Shown one piece after another: positions 27,375 through 40,393 of a stretch of 60,255 bases of DNA. Source of the stretch: Candidatus Faecimonas intestinavium (GTDB taxonomy: Bacteria; Bacillota_I; Bacilli_A; RF39; UBA660); contig DVKL01000079.1 of assembly GCA_018716045.1 (NCBI GenBank), forward strand, positions 1 through 60,255. The letters are read 5' to 3'. A program made the position numbers and the translations under genes. Each line of letters opens with the position of its first letter. Within the stretch, counting starts at the first letter, position 1. Below the pieces are notes generated by a model that had not been told where the DNA came from, searched no databases, and saw only the letters and a list, made by a program, of their open reading frames with translations.

Positions 27375-27401
27375 AAAAACTAAGGGGTCTCCTTAGTTTT
27401 T
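27375..27401. terminator. Bidirectional intrinsic terminator between the convergent 128-aa gene and tuf
   Basis: AAAAACUAAGG-GGUCU-CCUUAGUUUUU, with A and U runs on both sides. Confidence 0.8.
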
Positions 27402-27408
27402 ATAATCA

Positions 27409-28593
27409 TTATTCAACGATTTCAGTAACGTTACCAGCACCTACAGTACGTCCACCCTCACGAATAGAGAATTTAGTTCCTTGTTCAAGTGCAATTGAGT
27501 GAATTAATTCAACTTCCATGTTAACGTTATCACCTGGCATTACCATTTCAACACCTTCTGGTAAAGAGATAACACCAGTTACGTCTGTAGTTCTGAAATA
27601 GAACTGAGGACGATAGTTTGTGAAGAATGGAGTATGACGTCCACCTTCTTCTTTGCTTAAGATATAAACAGCAGCTTTGAATTTATGATGAGGTGTAACA
27701 CTTCCTGGTTTAGCAAGAACTTGTCCACGTTCAACTTCTTCACGAGAAATACCACGTAATAATACTCCGGCATTATCTCCTGCTTCAGCAAAGTCTAATT
27801 GTTTACGGAACATTTCAATTCCTGTAACAACTGTTTTCTTAGTAGGTTTGATACCAACGATTTCAACTTCATCATTAAGTTTTAACATACCACGTTCAAC
27901 ACGTCCTGTAACAACAGTTCCACGTCCAGTGATAGTAAATACATCTTCGATACTCATTAAGAAAGGTTTGTCATTATCTCTCTCAGGAGTTGGAATCCAA
28001 GTATCAACAGCATCCATTAATTCATCAATCTTAGATACCCAAGCAGGATCTCCTTCAAGAGCTTTAAGAGCAGAACCACGGATGATTGGAGTTTCATCTC
28101 CATCGTAACCATATTCACTTAATAAGTCACGAACTTCCATTTCTACTAAGTCTAATAATTCTTCATCGTCAACCATATCACATTTATTTAAGAATACAAC
28201 CATTTTAGGTACTCCAACTTGACGAGCAAGTAAGATATGTTCACGAGTTTGAGCCATAGGACCATCTGTAGCAGCAATAACTAAGATAGCTCCATCCATT
28301 TGAGCTGCACCAGTAATCATGTTCTTAACATAGTCAGCATGTCCTGGACAGTCAACATGTGCATAATGTCTCTTTTCTGTACTATATTCGATGTGTGCAG
28401 TATTAATAGTAATACCACGTTCTCTTTCTTCTGGTGCTTTATCGATATTAGCGAAATCAACAGCTTCATTACCGTTTTTACCAGCTAAAACTTTACTAAT
28501 AGCAGCAGTTAAAGTAGTTTTACCATGATCTACGTGTCCAATTGTACCAATGTTAACATGTGGTTTTGAACGATCAAATTTTTCTTTTGCCAT
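27409..28593 (-). CDS. tuf: Elongation factor Tu
   Basis: Motifs [17 protein letters not shown] and NKCD. ATG 28593 ([12 protein letters not shown]...) follows SD AAGGAGG. The track start 28656 is an artefactual extension. Confidence 0.97.
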   Translation of the reverse strand: MAKEKFDRSKPHVNIGTIGHVDHGKTTLTAAISKVLAGKNGNEAVDFANIDKAPEERERGITINTAHIEYSTEKRHYAHVDCPGHADYVKNMITGAAQMDGAILVIAATDGPMAQTREHILLARQVGVPKMVVFLNKCDMVDDEELLDLVEMEVRDLLSEYGYDGDETPIIRGSALKALEGDPAWVSKIDELMDAVDTWIPTPERDNDKPFLMSIEDVFTITGRGTVVTGRVERGMLKLNDEVEIVGIKPTKKTVVTGIEMFRKQLDFAEAGDNAGVLLRGISREEVERGQVLAKPGSVTPHHKFKAAVYILSKEEGGRHTPFFTNYRPQFYFRTTDVTGVISLPEGVEMVMPGDNVNMEVELIHSIALEQGTKFSIREGGRTVGAGNVTEIVE

Positions 28594-28676
28594 ATTATAA
28601 TTTCCTCCTTTTTCATTTACAACATATATTTTATCTAATAATTGAAAGATTTTCAACTATTTTGATACACTTTTAA

Positions 28677-30746
28677 TTAATTTCCACTCTTTTTGATAAT
28701 TTCATCAGCAATGTTTTTAGGAACCTCTTCATAGTGGTCAAAGAACATAACAAATGTTGCACGACCTTGAGTATTAGAACGAAGATTAGTTGCATAACCA
28801 AACATTTCTGCAAGTGGTACCATAGCACTTAATTTAACAGCATTACCTTGAGATTCTTGACCTAATGGACGACCACGACGGCTAGTCAAATCACCCATTA
28901 CATTACCAAAATATTCATCTGGTGTAGTAACATCAACTTTCATAATTGGTTCAAGTAAAACAGGCTTACATTTGTTCTTAGCTTCTTTTAAAGCCATACT
29001 AGCAGCAATCTTGAATGCCATTTCATTAGAATCAACGTCATGATAACTACCGTCAAATAATGTACATTTAACATCAATCATAGGATATCCAGCTAAAACA
29101 CCAGATTGCATAGCTTCTTGTAATCCCTTGTCAACAACTGGAATGTATTCACGAGGAACAACACCACCAACGATTTGATCAACAAATTCATATCCTTTAT
29201 CTGTGTTAGGTTCAAATTTAACCCATACGTGTCCATATTGTCCACGTCCACCAGATTGTTTAATATACTTACCTTCACAGTCACCAGCTTGTTTAATAGT
29301 CTCACGATAAGCAACTTGTGGAGCACCAACATTAGCTTCAACATTAAATTCACGTTTCATACGATCCACTAATACGTCTAAGTGTAACTCACCCATACCA
29401 GCAATAACTGTTTGACCAGTTTCATGATCAGTATGAACTTTAAATGTTGGATCTTCCTCAGCTAACTTTTGTAATGCTAATGCCATCTTATCTTGATCAG
29501 CTTTAGATTTAGGTTCAACAGCTAATTGAATAACTGGTTCTGGAACTACTAAACTTTCCAAAATAATAGGTTTCTTTTCATCACATAAAGTATCTCCAGT
29601 AGTTGTATTCTTAAGTCCAACAGCAGCAGCAATATCTCCTGTATACACATCACTAATTTCTTTACGATTATTAGCATGCATTTGAAGAATACGACCAATT
29701 CTCTCTTTAGAATCTTTAGTTGAGTTTAAAACATAACTACCACTTGATAAGTGACCAGAATAAACTCTAAAGAAAGTTAAACGTCCAACAAATGGATCAG
29801 TCATAACTTTAAATGCCAATGCTGCAAATGGTTCATTATCGCTTGGATGACGAACTGCATCATTTCCATCTAAATCAGTACCTGTAATAGATGGAATATC
29901 TAATGGACTTGGTAAATAATCAATAACAGCATCAAGTAATAACTTAATACCCATATTACCTAAAGCAGTACCACACATTACTGGGAAAAATTCTGCTTTT
30001 AACGTACCTGTTCTGATAGCTTTCTTTATCATATCAATAGAAACTTCTCCACCATCAAGATAAGTCATCATCATTTCATCATCAAATTCAGCAACTGCTT
30101 CAATTAATTCTGCACGTTTTTCCTCAGCAATGTCTTTTAAATCTGCAGGAATTTCAATTTCTTTAGCATTTTCAGCTTGTTGTCCATCATATTCATAAGC
30201 CTTCATTGTAACTAAATCAATAACTCCACGGAATTGATCTTCAGCTCCAATAGGCCATTCAATTGGTTTAGAATTAACACCTAAACGATCACTAATAGTT
30301 TTTAAACTATATTCGAAATTAGCTCCCATTTTATCCATTTTATTTGCAAAAATAATTCTTGGAACTTTAAATTCAGAAGCTTGTCTCCAAACAGTTTCAG
30401 TTTGTGGCTCAACACCAGCTTGGGCATCAATCAATGCAACTGAACCATCTAATACACGTAAAGAACGAGAAACTTCAATTGTAAAATCTACGTGTCCTGG
30501 AGTATCAATAATATTTAAACGATAACCCTTCCAATGAGCTGTCGTTGCTGCAGAAGTGATAGTAATACCACGTTCTTGTTCTTGTTCCATCCAGTCCATT
30601 TGACTAGCTCCATCATGAGTCTCACCAATTTTATGAGTAACTCCAGTATGGAACAAAATTCTTTCGGTACAAGTAGTTTTACCTGCATCGATATGAGCCA
30701 TAATTCCTATATTTCTTGTCTTTTCTAAAGACGTATCTCTTGCCAT
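28677..30746 (-). CDS. fusA: Elongation factor G
   Basis: Motifs [17 protein letters not shown] and NKMD. The protein is full length at 689 aa. Confidence 0.97.
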   Translation of the reverse strand: MARDTSLEKTRNIGIMAHIDAGKTTCTERILFHTGVTHKIGETHDGASQMDWMEQEQERGITITSAATTAHWKGYRLNIIDTPGHVDFTIEVSRSLRVLDGSVALIDAQAGVEPQTETVWRQASEFKVPRIIFANKMDKMGANFEYSLKTISDRLGVNSKPIEWPIGAEDQFRGVIDLVTMKAYEYDGQQAENAKEIEIPADLKDIAEEKRAELIEAVAEFDDEMMMTYLDGGEVSIDMIKKAIRTGTLKAEFFPVMCGTALGNMGIKLLLDAVIDYLPSPLDIPSITGTDLDGNDAVRHPSDNEPFAALAFKVMTDPFVGRLTFFRVYSGHLSSGSYVLNSTKDSKERIGRILQMHANNRKEISDVYTGDIAAAVGLKNTTTGDTLCDEKKPIILESLVVPEPVIQLAVEPKSKADQDKMALALQKLAEEDPTFKVHTDHETGQTVIAGMGELHLDVLVDRMKREFNVEANVGAPQVAYRETIKQAGDCEGKYIKQSGGRGQYGHVWVKFEPNTDKGYEFVDQIVGGVVPREYIPVVDKGLQEAMQSGVLAGYPMIDVKCTLFDGSYHDVDSNEMAFKIAASMALKEAKNKCKPVLLEPIMKVDVTTPDEYFGNVMGDLTSRRGRPLGQESQGNAVKLSAMVPLAEMFGYATNLRSNTQGRATFVMFFDHYEEVPKNIADEIIKKSGN

Positions 30747-30761
30747 ATAATGACTCCTTTC

Positions 30762-31229
30762 CTACCATCTATAATGTGCGAAAGCCTTATTAGCTTCTGC
30801 CATTCTATGAGTATCTTCACGTTTTTTAACAGCTGCACCAGTACCATTAGATGCATCTATAATTTCATTAGCCAAATTATCAGCCATTCCCTTACCACCA
30901 CGATCACGAGAATATTTAATTAACCATCTTAATGCCAAAGCTTGGCTTCTTGCTGGAGAAACTTCAATTGGTACTTGATAGTTAGATCCACCAACACGAC
31001 GGCTTTTAACTTCTAATTGTGGTTTAATATTTTCCATAGCTGTCTCGAATACTTCAAGCGCATCTTTACCAGTTTTATCTTTTACTTTATTAAATGCTTC
31101 ATACACGATTGTTTGAGCAATACCTTTTTTACCATCCAACATAACAGTATTAACTAACTTAGTAACAAGTTTAGATTTATATATTGGATCTGGTAAAACG
31201 TCTCTTTTTACTGCACGTCTTTTACGCAT
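30762..31229 (-). CDS. rpsG: 30S ribosomal protein S7
   Basis: The sequence is typical of S7, and the gene sits within the str operon order. Confidence 0.95.
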   Translation of the reverse strand: MRKRRAVKRDVLPDPIYKSKLVTKLVNTVMLDGKKGIAQTIVYEAFNKVKDKTGKDALEVFETAMENIKPQLEVKSRRVGGSNYQVPIEVSPARSQALALRWLIKYSRDRGGKGMADNLANEIIDASNGTGAAVKKREDTHRMAEANKAFAHYRW

Positions 31230-31257
31230 TTTTACTTCCTCCCTTCAAAAATTCTAA

Positions 31258-31677
31258 TTACTTACTATCTTTTGGCTTTTTAGCACCGTATTTACTACGA
31301 CCTTGTTTACGATCTTTAACACCAGCAGTATCTAATGTACCACGAATAATGTGATAACGAACTCCGATTAAGTCCTTAACACGGCCTCCACGAATTAAAA
31401 CAACGCTGTGTTCTTGTAAGTTGTGTCCAATACCAGGTATATAAGTATCTACTTCCTTACCATTAGATAAACGAACACGAGCATACTTACGTAATGCTGA
31501 GTTAGGCTTCTTAGGGGTCTTAGTACCAACACGAGTACAAACACCACGTTTTTGAGGAGAGCTAGTATTAGTAGTTTTCTTAGTTAAAGTATTTAATCCA
31601 ACATTTAATACTGGAGCGCTACTCTTTCTAACCTTTTTCTTACGTTTGTTGTGAACCAATTGGTTTAATGTAGGCAT
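31258..31677 (-). CDS. rpsL: 30S ribosomal protein S12
   Basis: MPTLNQL... and [11 protein letters not shown] promoter TTGACT-17-TATATT lies at 31800-31772. Confidence 0.95.
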   Translation of the reverse strand: MPTLNQLVHNKRKKKVRKSSAPVLNVGLNTLTKKTTNTSSPQKRGVCTRVGTKTPKKPNSALRKYARVRLSNGKEVDTYIPGIGHNLQEHSVVLIRGGRVKDLIGVRYHIIRGTLDTAGVKDRKQGRSKYGAKKPKDSK

Positions 31678-31839
31678 AAAATATATCTCCTTTCTTTACA
31701 CATATCCAGGTGTATCATCATAGCTTCTAAATAAAACTTTGCTCATGCAAAGTCATTTAATTAGCAGATATAATATATCATTACAAAAATAGAAAGTCAA
31801 GTAATATTAGAAAAAAAGACAGACTTTTTAATTAATAAA

Positions 31840-32004
31840 TTAAGATAATAGAATAACCTCTTCTTGAACTAACTGAATATCTGAATCTTTCTCATGGTCA
31901 ACATCATAAACCAAAAACGCAACAATTAGAATGAATATAATAAAAATAATTAAAAATGCTATCATATTTGAAACACCCCAACCGCTATTATTTAATTTTG
32001 CCAT
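31840..32004 (-). CDS. 54-aa single-pass membrane peptide between rpoC and rpsL
   Basis: Below the track cut-off. The peptide is MAKLNNSGWGVSNMIAFLIIFIIFILIVAFLVYDVDHEKDSDIQLVQEEVILLS. SD is GAAGGTGAT. A promoter-like TTTACT-17-TACAAT lies at 32051-32023. Confidence 0.45.
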   Translation of the reverse strand: MAKLNNSGWGVSNMIAFLIIFIIFILIVAFLVYDVDHEKDSDIQLVQEEVILLS

Positions 32005-32043
32005 GTCATCACCTTCAACTACATTGTACTAAATTTAAAAATA

Positions 32044-32076
32044 AAAGTAAAGAAAAGGAGTAGTCTTAACTACTCC
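32044..32076 (-). terminator. Intrinsic terminator after rpoC
   Basis: Minus-strand RNA forms GGAGUAGU-UAAG-ACUACUCC followed by UUUUCUUUACUUUU. It overlaps the rpoC stop codon. Confidence 0.75.
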
Positions 32077-35000
32077 ATAAATTCATCTTCTAATTTGTCT
32101 AATGGTTCTTCATCAATAAATTGAGAAGCTAAATCATAGTCCACATTACGATAAACTTTACTACCAGTACCAGCTGGAATTAATTTACCAATAATAACAT
32201 TTTCTTTCAATCCTTCTAAGTGGTCTACTTTACCTTTAATAGCAGCATCGGTTAAGATACGAGTCGTCTCTTGGAATGATGCAGCTGATAAGAAGGAATC
32301 AGTTTCAAGAGCAGCTTTTGTAATACCAAGAAGAATTGGTTTACCAAGAGCTGGTTTTTTACCTTGAATAACCGCTTCTTTATTACTATCAGTAAACTCA
32401 CGGAAATTAACAAGTGCTCCAGGAAGAAGTCTAGTATCTCCACCTTCGATGATACGAATCTTACTAATCATACGACGAGCAATAATTTCAACGTGTTTAT
32501 CAGCGATATCAACACCTTGTGAACGATAAGTATGTTGAACTTCTTTCAAGATATATTCTTGAGTAGTAAGTGGATCTGTAACAGCTAATAATTCTTTTGG
32601 ACTAATAGCACCTTCTGTAAGTTTATCTCCACAAACCACTTCATCACCTTTTTCAACACAAAGCTTAGCACCATAATTAGTAACATGCTCTTTAGTTTCT
32701 AATTTATTTGTAACACTAATTTTATATTTACCATGATCTTCTTTAATCTTAGTAACTTTACCATCAATTTCAGCGATAGTTGCTTTACCTTTTGGATTAC
32801 GTGCTTCGAATAGCTCTTGTACACGAGGAAGACCTTGAGTAATATCTTCTCCACCAGCAACTCCACCTGTATGGAAAGTACGCATAGTAAGCTGTGTACC
32901 AGGCTCACCGATAGATTGTGCAGCCATAACACCAACAGCCTCACCAATCTCAACTAAGTTACCAGTTGCTAAGTTACGACCATAACATTTTTGGCATACA
33001 CCATTAACAGTATTACATGTAAGTACCGTGCGGATTTCCACTTCAGTAATTCCAGCAGCAATAATTTTATCAGCTAAAGATTCCGTAATCATTTGTAATT
33101 TATCAACGATTACTTCTTTAGTTTCTGGATGAATTACTTTTTTATTAGCAAAACGTCCAACGATACGATCACGTAAACTTTCAATAACAGCACCAGTTTT
33201 TTCATTGATAAAGTCGCGAACAACAACACCTTGATCAGTACCACAATCTTCTTCACGGACAATAATGTCTTGTGAAACATCAACTAAACGACGTGTTAAG
33301 TATCCAGAGTCTGCTGTCTTTAATGCTGTATCAGCACTACCTTTACGAGCACCATGTGTAGATAAGAAGAATTCAGCAACAGAAAGTCCTTCTTTAAAGT
33401 TTGAAAGTACTGGAATTTCAACAGATGATCCATCTGGTTTTGCCATGATACCACGCATACCAGCAATCTGTGTAAAGTTTGAAATATTACCACGTGCTTT
33501 AGAATGCATCATCATAAAGATTGGGTTATCTACTTCTTTATTAGCAATCTCTTCAAGTTCAGCTTGAACTTTATCTTTTGCTTCATTCCATGTTTCAATA
33601 ACCTTATTAAATCTTTCATCTTCAGTAATAAGACCACGTTTATATTGTTTATTAATCTTATCAACTAATTTCTGACTTTCACCAACAATTTTATCTTTAT
33701 CATTACTAGTAACAACATCTGCCATACTAATAGTAATACCAGCGATAGTAGAATATTTAAATCCTAAATCTTTTAAACTATCAAGCATAGTAGAAGTTTC
33801 AGTCGTTTTATAACGTTTAAATACTTGATCAATAATCTTTTCTAAAGTTCCCTTAGCAAAAGGTTTTACTAAAGGCATATCTTTAATAGCAGATTTTATA
33901 TCAGTACCTTTTTCTAAGAAATATTTATTAGGTGTAATATTTTGAATATTATCATCACTAGGCTCATTAATATAAGCAAATGAATCAGGTAAAATTTCAT
34001 TAAATTTAATCTTACCAGCTGTAGTAACTAAATATTTACCTTTTTGACTTTCAGTAAATAATTTATGTTTAAATGAATCAACTGGAACAGCAATACGAGT
34101 ATGTAATGTAATTTCTCTTCTCTCATATGCCATTAATGCTTCATTAGTATTTTTAAATACTCGACCTTCACCATCTTCTCCTGCCTTTTCCATAGTAATG
34201 TAATAGTTACCCAATACCATATCTTGTGCAGGAGTAACGATTGGTTTTCCATCAGAAGGTTTCAAGATATTTCCAGAACCTAACATTAAAAGTCTAGCTT
34301 CTGCTTGAGCTTCCTCAGAAAGTGGAACGTGTACTGCCATCTGATCTCCATCGAAGTCAGCATTAAATGCAGGACAAACTAATGGATGCAAGCGAATAGC
34401 TTTACCGCCAACTAAGATAGGTTCAAATGCTTGAATACCTAAGCGGTGTAATGTAGGAGCACGGTTTAATAATACTGGATGCTCTTTAATTACTTCTTCT
34501 ACAATATCCCAAACAACAGGATCTTGATTATCAATTAATCTCTTAGCAGCTTTGATATTGTGAGCAATATCTTTACTTACTAACCCATGAATAACATGAG
34601 GCTTAAATAGTTCTAGTGCCATTTCTTTAGGAATACCACATTGATACATCTTAAGACTTGGTCCAACAACGATAACTGAACGACCAGAGTAATCAACACG
34701 TTTTCCTAATAAGTTTTGACGGAAACGACCTTGTTTACCTTTTAACATACTAGAAATAGATTTTAATGGTCTATTTCCTGCTCCAGTAACACTTCTACCA
34801 CGACGTCCATTGTCAAATAAAGCATCAACAGCTTCTTGTAACATACGTTTTTCATTTTGAATAATGATACCAGGAGCACCTAAATCAATAAGCTTCTTTA
34901 AACGATTATTACGGTTAATAACACGACGATATAAATCATTTAAATCACTAGTAGCAAAACGTCCACCATCAAGTTGAATCATAGGACGTAATTCCGGTGG

Positions 35001-35702
35001 AATAACTGGAATACAATCCATAATCATCCACTCAGGCTTATTTCCAGAATGATAGAATGCATCAAGTACATCAAGTCTCTTAAGCAAGCGGGTTCTCTTT
35101 TGTCCTTGGGCTGTTTCTAATTCTTTTTCTATTTCATCAATATCTTTCTTTAAATCAACTTTCTTTAATAATTCTTTAATAGCTTCAGCACCCATACCAA
35201 CTTTGAAACCAGTACCATATTTTTCATAATATGCACGGTATTCTTTTTCTGATAATGTTTGCTTATTTTCAAGTGGAGTATTTCCTTTATCAATAACTAC
35301 ATAACTAACAAAGTATAATACTTCTTCCAAATCTCTAGGACTCATATCAAGAACTAATCCCATACGAGAAGGAACACCCTTAAAGAACCAAATGTGAGAG
35401 ACAGGAGTTGCTAACTCAATATGTCCCATACGTTCACGACGAACTTTAGAACGAGTTACTTCAACTCCACAACGGTCACACACGATATTTTTATAACGAA
35501 CTCTCTTATATTTACCACAAGCACATTCAAAATCCTTTGTAGGTCCAAAAATCTTTTCACAGAATAATCCATCACGTTCAGGACGAAGAGTACGATAGTT
35601 AATAGTTTCAGGTTTCTTTACTTCTCCATAAGACCATTCACGAATTTTTTCAGGTGAAGCGATTCCAATTTTTAATGCGTCAAACTTATTTACTTCTATC
35701 AT
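32070..35702 (-). CDS. rpoC: DNA-directed RNA polymerase subunit beta'
   Basis: NADFDGDQM catalytic loop and a zinc-binding Cys cluster near the N-terminus. 1210 aa. The start overlaps the rpoB stop by 1 nt (TAATG). Confidence 0.97.
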   Translation of the reverse strand: MIEVNKFDALKIGIASPEKIREWSYGEVKKPETINYRTLRPERDGLFCEKIFGPTKDFECACGKYKRVRYKNIVCDRCGVEVTRSKVRRERMGHIELATPVSHIWFFKGVPSRMGLVLDMSPRDLEEVLYFVSYVVIDKGNTPLENKQTLSEKEYRAYYEKYGTGFKVGMGAEAIKELLKKVDLKKDIDEIEKELETAQGQKRTRLLKRLDVLDAFYHSGNKPEWMIMDCIPVIPPELRPMIQLDGGRFATSDLNDLYRRVINRNNRLKKLIDLGAPGIIIQNEKRMLQEAVDALFDNGRRGRSVTGAGNRPLKSISSMLKGKQGRFRQNLLGKRVDYSGRSVIVVGPSLKMYQCGIPKEMALELFKPHVIHGLVSKDIAHNIKAAKRLIDNQDPVVWDIVEEVIKEHPVLLNRAPTLHRLGIQAFEPILVGGKAIRLHPLVCPAFNADFDGDQMAVHVPLSEEAQAEARLLMLGSGNILKPSDGKPIVTPAQDMVLGNYYITMEKAGEDGEGRVFKNTNEALMAYERREITLHTRIAVPVDSFKHKLFTESQKGKYLVTTAGKIKFNEILPDSFAYINEPSDDNIQNITPNKYFLEKGTDIKSAIKDMPLVKPFAKGTLEKIIDQVFKRYKTTETSTMLDSLKDLGFKYSTIAGITISMADVVTSNDKDKIVGESQKLVDKINKQYKRGLITEDERFNKVIETWNEAKDKVQAELEEIANKEVDNPIFMMMHSKARGNISNFTQIAGMRGIMAKPDGSSVEIPVLSNFKEGLSVAEFFLSTHGARKGSADTALKTADSGYLTRRLVDVSQDIIVREEDCGTDQGVVVRDFINEKTGAVIESLRDRIVGRFANKKVIHPETKEVIVDKLQMITESLADKIIAAGITEVEIRTVLTCNTVNGVCQKCYGRNLATGNLVEIGEAVGVMAAQSIGEPGTQLTMRTFHTGGVAGGEDITQGLPRVQELFEARNPKGKATIAEIDGKVTKIKEDHGKYKISVTNKLETKEHVTNYGAKLCVEKGDEVVCGDKLTEGAISPKELLAVTDPLTTQEYILKEVQHTYRSQGVDIADKHVEIIARRMISKIRIIEGGDTRLLPGALVNFREFTDSNKEAVIQGKKPALGKPILLGITKAALETDSFLSAASFQETTRILTDAAIKGKVDHLEGLKENVIIGKLIPAGTGSKVYRNVDYDLASQFIDEEPLDKLEDEFME

Positions 35703-38700
35703 TAAAGATCAGCTCCTTCCTCAAAATCTTCTTCCATTTCTAAGTCTTCATCTAATTCTTCTTCAAAGTCAGCATCTTCCTCTTCTTCATCCATCTCTGC
35801 AAACTCATCATCGTCATCAGACGAAGATATTGGAACAGCCGGAGACTTATCGATTTCATCAATATTCAATTTTGTGTCTTCTTTATCTTCCGCTTCTTCG
35901 ATTTCTTTTAATTCTAATGTTTTACCATCATCATCAATAATAGAAACGTCTAAACCTAAAGCTTGGAATTCCTTCATAAGGACTCTGAATGATTCAGGAA
36001 CTCCAGCATGATCAATTTCTTGACCTTTAATAATTGATTCATACACTTTAACACGACCAACAACATCATCAGATTTAGTAGTCATCATTTCTTGCAATGT
36101 ATGAGCAGCACCATAAGCATATAATGCCCAAACTTCCATCTCTCCAAATCTTTGTCCACCAAATTGAGCTTTACCTCCAAGTGGTTGTTGTGTAACTAAA
36201 GAATATGGACCAGTAGAACGAGCATGAAGTTTATCATCAACCATGTGATGAAGTTTAATCATATACATAACACCAACGGCGATACGATTATCAAAAGCTT
36301 CACCAGTACGTCCATCATAAAGAACGGTTTTACCATCCTCATCCATACCAGCTTCCTTCATCATAGCTTGGATATCATCAATATGAGCACCATCAAATAC
36401 TGGAGTGGCAATATGAACACCTAACTTCTTAGCAGCCATACCCATATGAATTTCAAGAATTTGTCCTAAATTCATACGAGAAGGAACACCTTGTGGATTT
36501 AACATAATATCAACTGGTGTACCATCTGGCATATATGGCATATCTTCTTGAGGTAAGATAAGTGAAATAACACCCTTATTACCGTGACGTCCAGACATCT
36601 TATCTCCAACTTGAATCTTACGTTTTTGAATGATGTAAACACGAATTACTTTGCTAACACCAGCTGGTAATTCATCATTATCTTTACGAGAATAAATTTT
36701 AATATCATGAACAACACCATCTCCACCATGTGGAACACGAAGTGAAGTATCACGAACTTCTCGAGTTTTCTCTCCGAAAATTGCATGTAATAATTTTTCT
36801 TCTGAAGTAAGTTCTGCCATACCTTTAGGAGTAACTTTACCAACTAAGATATCTCCTTCTTTTACTTCAGTACCTATGGTAATAATACCATTTTCATCTA
36901 AGTTACGACGAGCTTCTTCGCTAACATTAGGAATATCACGAGTAATTTCCTCAGGTCCCAATTTAGTTTCACGACATTGCATCTCATAATCTTCAAGATG
37001 AAGTGAAGTGAATTTATCATCTTTTACTAAATTTTCATTTAAAATTACTGCATCCTCATAGTTATATCCATTGAATGTCATAAAAGCAACTGTCATATTT
37101 TTACCTAAAGCAAGCTCACCTTTATCTGTAGAATTACCATCAGCTAAGATGGTAACGCCAGCCTTAACTTTATCACCAACATGTACAATTGGTCTTTGAT
37201 GTGAACAAATACTAGAGTTAGCAAGTTCAAAGTTAGCTAAACGATAAGTATCTTTACCATTTTTAGTTTTAACAACAATTTTTCTAGCATCAACATATTC
37301 TACAACACCATCAGCTTTACAAATAATTTCAACTCCAGAATCTTTAGCCGCAATAAACTCAACACCTGTACCAACAAATGGAGCTTCAGTCTTAATTAAA
37401 GGCATAGCCTGACGTTGCATGTTAGCACCCATCAATGCACGAGTAGCATCATCATGCTCTAAGAATGGAATACAACTAGTAGTAACAGATACAACTTGTT
37501 GTGGACTAACATCAATATAATCTACTTGTTCAGGTTTAGCTAAAATGTTGTCCCCACGGAAACGTGCATTAACCATATCATCAGTAATAACATTATCTTC
37601 GTTAGTACCAACAGTAGATTGTGAAATAATATAATCAAGTTCTTCATCTGCAGTTAAATATACAACTTCATCTGTAATCTTTTTATCTACCACTTTACGA
37701 TATGGAGTCATAATAAATCCATATTCATCGATTTTTGCATAACTTGCAAGTGAAGTAATAAGTCCGATATTAGGTCCTTCAGGAGATTCAATAGGGCAAA
37801 TACGTCCATAGTGAGAAGCATTAACGTCACGTACTTCTACACCGGCACGATCTCTAGACAATCCACCAGGTCCTAAAGCTGATAAACGACGTTTATTAGT
37901 AAGTTCTGCAATAGGGTTAGTTTGATCCATAAATTGAGATAATTGTGATGAACCAAAGAATTCTTTCATAGCTGCAGTAACAGGACGAATATTGATTAAA
38001 GTCTTAGGAGTAACTTCTTCCATCTCTTGAGTAGTCATACGCTCACGGATTACTCTTTCCATACGAGAAACACCAATTCTAAATTGATTTTGTAAAAGTT
38101 CCCCAACTTGACGAATACGTCTATTTCCTAAATGATCGATTTCATCATAATTACCAACGCCATGTAATAAATTTAAGTAATAAGAAACAGAAGCATAAAC
38201 ATCAGAAATAGTTAATCTCTTAACATCAATACTTTGATCATTACCAATAACAATAAGTTTTTTCTTTTTATCAGTAGGATCAACAATCTTAATTACTTGT
38301 ACTTTATTATAAATATCTAATTCATCATTGACTGTAACTTCTTGTAGTCCAAATCCTGCATTCAATGCAGCTTTTAATACGTCTAAGTTAGCCTTAGTAA
38401 TTTGAGTTCCTTTCTCAAGAACAATAACGCCATCAGCATCGCAAACATCCTCAGCCAATGTTTGATTTAATAAACGATCAGCTACATTAAGTTTACGATT
38501 AAATTTGTAACGTCCAACTCTTGCCAAATCATATCTAAATTCATCAAAAAATCTAGTAATAATCTGGTTTTTAGATGAGTCCAATGTAGCAGGCTCACCA
38601 GGTCTTAATTTTTCATAAATTTCAATTAAAGCTTCATCCGTATTCTTAGTAGAATCTTTAGCAATAGTATTTTTTAGATAATCATCTTCCCCAAACATAG

Positions 38701-39325
38701 ATAGAATTTGATCATCACTAGAAAGACCAAAAGCACGAAGTAAAGTAGTTAAAGTTACTTTTCTAGTACGATCGATTCTAACATACAAGACATCTCTTGC
38801 ATCTACCTCAAACTCAAGCCAAGTACCACGAGTTGGAATAATTTGAGATGTAATTAATTCACGTCCATTTTTATCAACTTCACGATTAAAGTAAACACTA
38901 GGAGAACGAACTAATTGAGAGACAATAACACGTTCTGCACCATTGATAACAAAAGTTCCACTTTCAGTCATCATAGGCATATCACCCATAAAGATTTCTT
39001 GCTCTTTTACTTCTCCTGTTTCGCGATTTAAAAGACGTACTTCTACTCGTAGTGGTGCTGAATAAGTAGTTTCCCTGTCCTTGCTTTCCTTGATAGAATA
39101 ACGTGGTTCATCAAAATGATAATCTCCAAATTCAAGCGATAAAGTTCCAGAGAAATTTTCTACTGGAAATAAATCTTCAAACACTTCTTTAATACCAAAA
39201 TTGATGAATTTTTCATAAGATTTTTTTTGGATTTCTAACAAATCTTTTAACTCATAAGTATTTCTAATACGTGAGAAATTTCTTCTTTCTCGATAGTCGC
39301 CATATTTTACGTTTTTATAAGCCAC
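35702..39325 (-). CDS. rpoB: DNA-directed RNA polymerase subunit beta, with an acidic C-terminal extension
   Basis: Conserved beta-subunit blocks are present ([29 protein letters not shown]). GTG 39325 ([17 protein letters not shown]...) follows GGGGTG. The track start 39421 runs to the stop codon of the upstream methyltransferase gene and is an artefactual extension. Confidence 0.95.
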   Translation of the reverse strand: MAYKNVKYGDYRERRNFSRIRNTYELKDLLEIQKKSYEKFINFGIKEVFEDLFPVENFSGTLSLEFGDYHFDEPRYSIKESKDRETTYSAPLRVEVRLLNRETGEVKEQEIFMGDMPMMTESGTFVINGAERVIVSQLVRSPSVYFNREVDKNGRELITSQIIPTRGTWLEFEVDARDVLYVRIDRTRKVTLTTLLRAFGLSSDDQILSMFGEDDYLKNTIAKDSTKNTDEALIEIYEKLRPGEPATLDSSKNQIITRFFDEFRYDLARVGRYKFNRKLNVADRLLNQTLAEDVCDADGVIVLEKGTQITKANLDVLKAALNAGFGLQEVTVNDELDIYNKVQVIKIVDPTDKKKKLIVIGNDQSIDVKRLTISDVYASVSYYLNLLHGVGNYDEIDHLGNRRIRQVGELLQNQFRIGVSRMERVIRERMTTQEMEEVTPKTLINIRPVTAAMKEFFGSSQLSQFMDQTNPIAELTNKRRLSALGPGGLSRDRAGVEVRDVNASHYGRICPIESPEGPNIGLITSLASYAKIDEYGFIMTPYRKVVDKKITDEVVYLTADEELDYIISQSTVGTNEDNVITDDMVNARFRGDNILAKPEQVDYIDVSPQQVVSVTTSCIPFLEHDDATRALMGANMQRQAMPLIKTEAPFVGTGVEFIAAKDSGVEIICKADGVVEYVDARKIVVKTKNGKDTYRLANFELANSSICSHQRPIVHVGDKVKAGVTILADGNSTDKGELALGKNMTVAFMTFNGYNYEDAVILNENLVKDDKFTSLHLEDYEMQCRETKLGPEEITRDIPNVSEEARRNLDENGIITIGTEVKEGDILVGKVTPKGMAELTSEEKLLHAIFGEKTREVRDTSLRVPHGGDGVVHDIKIYSRKDNDELPAGVSKVIRVYIIQKRKIQVGDKMSGRHGNKGVISLILPQEDMPYMPDGTPVDIMLNPQGVPSRMNLGQILEIHMGMAAKKLGVHIATPVFDGAHIDDIQAMMKEAGMDEDGKTVLYDGRTGEAFDNRIAVGVMYMIKLHHMVDDKLHARSTGPYSLVTQQPLGGKAQFGGQRFGEMEVWALYAYGAAHTLQEMMTTKSDDVVGRVKVYESIIKGQEIDHAGVPESFRVLMKEFQALGLDVSIIDDDGKTLELKEIEEAEDKEDTKLNIDEIDKSPAVPISSSDDDDEFAEMDEEEEDADFEEELDEDLEMEEDFEEGADL

Positions 39326-39421
39326 TGAATTCACCCCTAACACTAATTTTTTTAAAGAAAATACCAATAACAAAATATATTGCCAATTTATATTAATAGC
39401 ACAACGTTGACAATAAGTCAA

Positions 39422-40009
39422 TTATAAATGGCACTGAATAATGAAAAAGCCTTTCTTTTTTTCTAATACCTTAACAGTATAAACTTTTTCTAAGTCGACA
39501 ATTAGCGATTTAGCACCTTGCTCTTTTCTTATAACTAAATAAAGATTACCGCCATCTTCCAAATAGTTTCTAGCATTCATCACTATGTCATAAACAATTT
39601 TCTTACCAGCCCTTATTGGAGGATTAGTAATAATTGTAGAATACTTCTCTGAAATATTACTATAACAATTACTTTCAAAAATGGACACTAAATCAGAAAC
39701 ACCGTTTAATTTAGCATTCCTTTTTGAAAGATGCAAAGCACGATGATTAACATCGACCATGTCTACCCTATGAGAAGTTACTCTAGCCAATACGATACCA
39801 AAAACTCCATAACCACATCCCATATCCAGAATTTTGCCTCCAACCTCTTCTCGCGGGATTACTTCAAGAAGAAGTCTACTGCCAAAATCCAAACCGTCTT
39901 TTGAAAACACACCATTATCTGTTAGAAATTTAAAATGGTTTCCTAAAACTACACAAGTAGTCTCTTTAATATCACTAGGTAATTGCTCGTTTGTAAAATA
40001 ATGCCCCAT
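39422..40009 (-). CDS. Class I SAM-dependent methyltransferase (YbxB/RsmC-like small-domain MTase)
   Basis: Motif I is ILDMGCGYGVFG and motif IV is ITNPPIRAGK. It occupies the same position before rpoB as B. subtilis ybxB. ATG 40009 follows GAGGGGA. Confidence 0.8.
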   Translation of the reverse strand: MGHYFTNEQLPSDIKETTCVVLGNHFKFLTDNGVFSKDGLDFGSRLLLEVIPREEVGGKILDMGCGYGVFGIVLARVTSHRVDMVDVNHRALHLSKRNAKLNGVSDLVSIFESNCYSNISEKYSTIITNPPIRAGKKIVYDIVMNARNYLEDGGNLYLVIRKEQGAKSLIVDLEKVYTVKVLEKKKGFFIIQCHL

Positions 40010-40020
40010 CTTATCCCCTC

Positions 40021-40068
40021 TAAACAAAAAAGAAGGAGAAAACTTTTAAATTTCGATAAGTTTTCTCC
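40021..40068 (-). terminator. Strong terminator-like hairpin inside the methyltransferase-rpoBC leader (possible attenuator)
   Basis: Minus-strand RNA forms GGAGAAAACUU, a 12-nt loop, and AAGUUUUCUCC (perfect 11 bp), followed by UUCUUUUUUGUUU. It lies downstream of promoter copy A and 12 nt upstream of the ATG. Confidence 0.6.
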
Positions 40069-40143
40069 CTTTCGTAAACATATAATACATGAATTGTTTT
40101 AATTTGTCAAACATTTTTTTATTTTTTGACGAAATTTTACTTT
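40050..40143 (-). repeat. Promoter-module repeat, copy A (TTGACA-17-TATTAT at 40110-40082)
   Basis: About three quarters identical over ~92 nt to 40394-40487, with perfect blocks tttcgataag and aatttgtcaa. Confidence 0.7.
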
Positions 40144-40164
40144 GAAATCACAAATTTTATAAAA

Positions 40165-40386
40165 TTATGATTTATTGTTACTCATTTTTTTCTCAAAAAC
40201 AACCGAAGATGCCTCTTTTTTATCCAAAATAGCACTAACTCTTTCCTGAGCATCTAAAATTTCCTCTACTAATGCAGAAGATGTTGGTATTGGACTTCCT
40301 ACATACCTATCCATAAGATTATTTAATTTCATCTGAGCAACACTTAATTCTTGATCATAACTTGTATTATCCATATATATTCTCAT
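40165..40386 (-). CDS. Hypothetical 73-aa protein
   Basis: The ORF is bracketed by the two promoter-module repeats. I found no convincing SD before either in-frame ATG (40386 or 40374), so expression is uncertain. Confidence 0.35.
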   Translation of the reverse strand: MRIYMDNTSYDQELSVAQMKLNNLMDRYVGSPIPTSSALVEEILDAQERVSAILDKKEASSVVFEKKMSNNKS

Positions 40387-40393
40387 TTGCCAT

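Noticed and set aside
27848-39421. Many 60-100-aa ORFs on the opposite strand or in alternative frames inside tuf, fusA, rpoC and rpoB (for example 27848-28108, 28300-28488, 29093-29353, 29175-29372, 30534-30728, 32252-32443, 32699-32953, 33265-33567, 36224-36424, 36646-36843).
   Set aside because: They lie wholly inside strongly conserved housekeeping genes, lack SD sequences, and have the skewed composition expected of antisense or out-of-frame reading in AT-rich DNA.
40165-40386. The 73-aa ORF as a Spo0E-like aspartyl-phosphate phosphatase.
   Set aside because: It has the size and helical character, but I could not find the SQELD-type signature. It is left as hypothetical.
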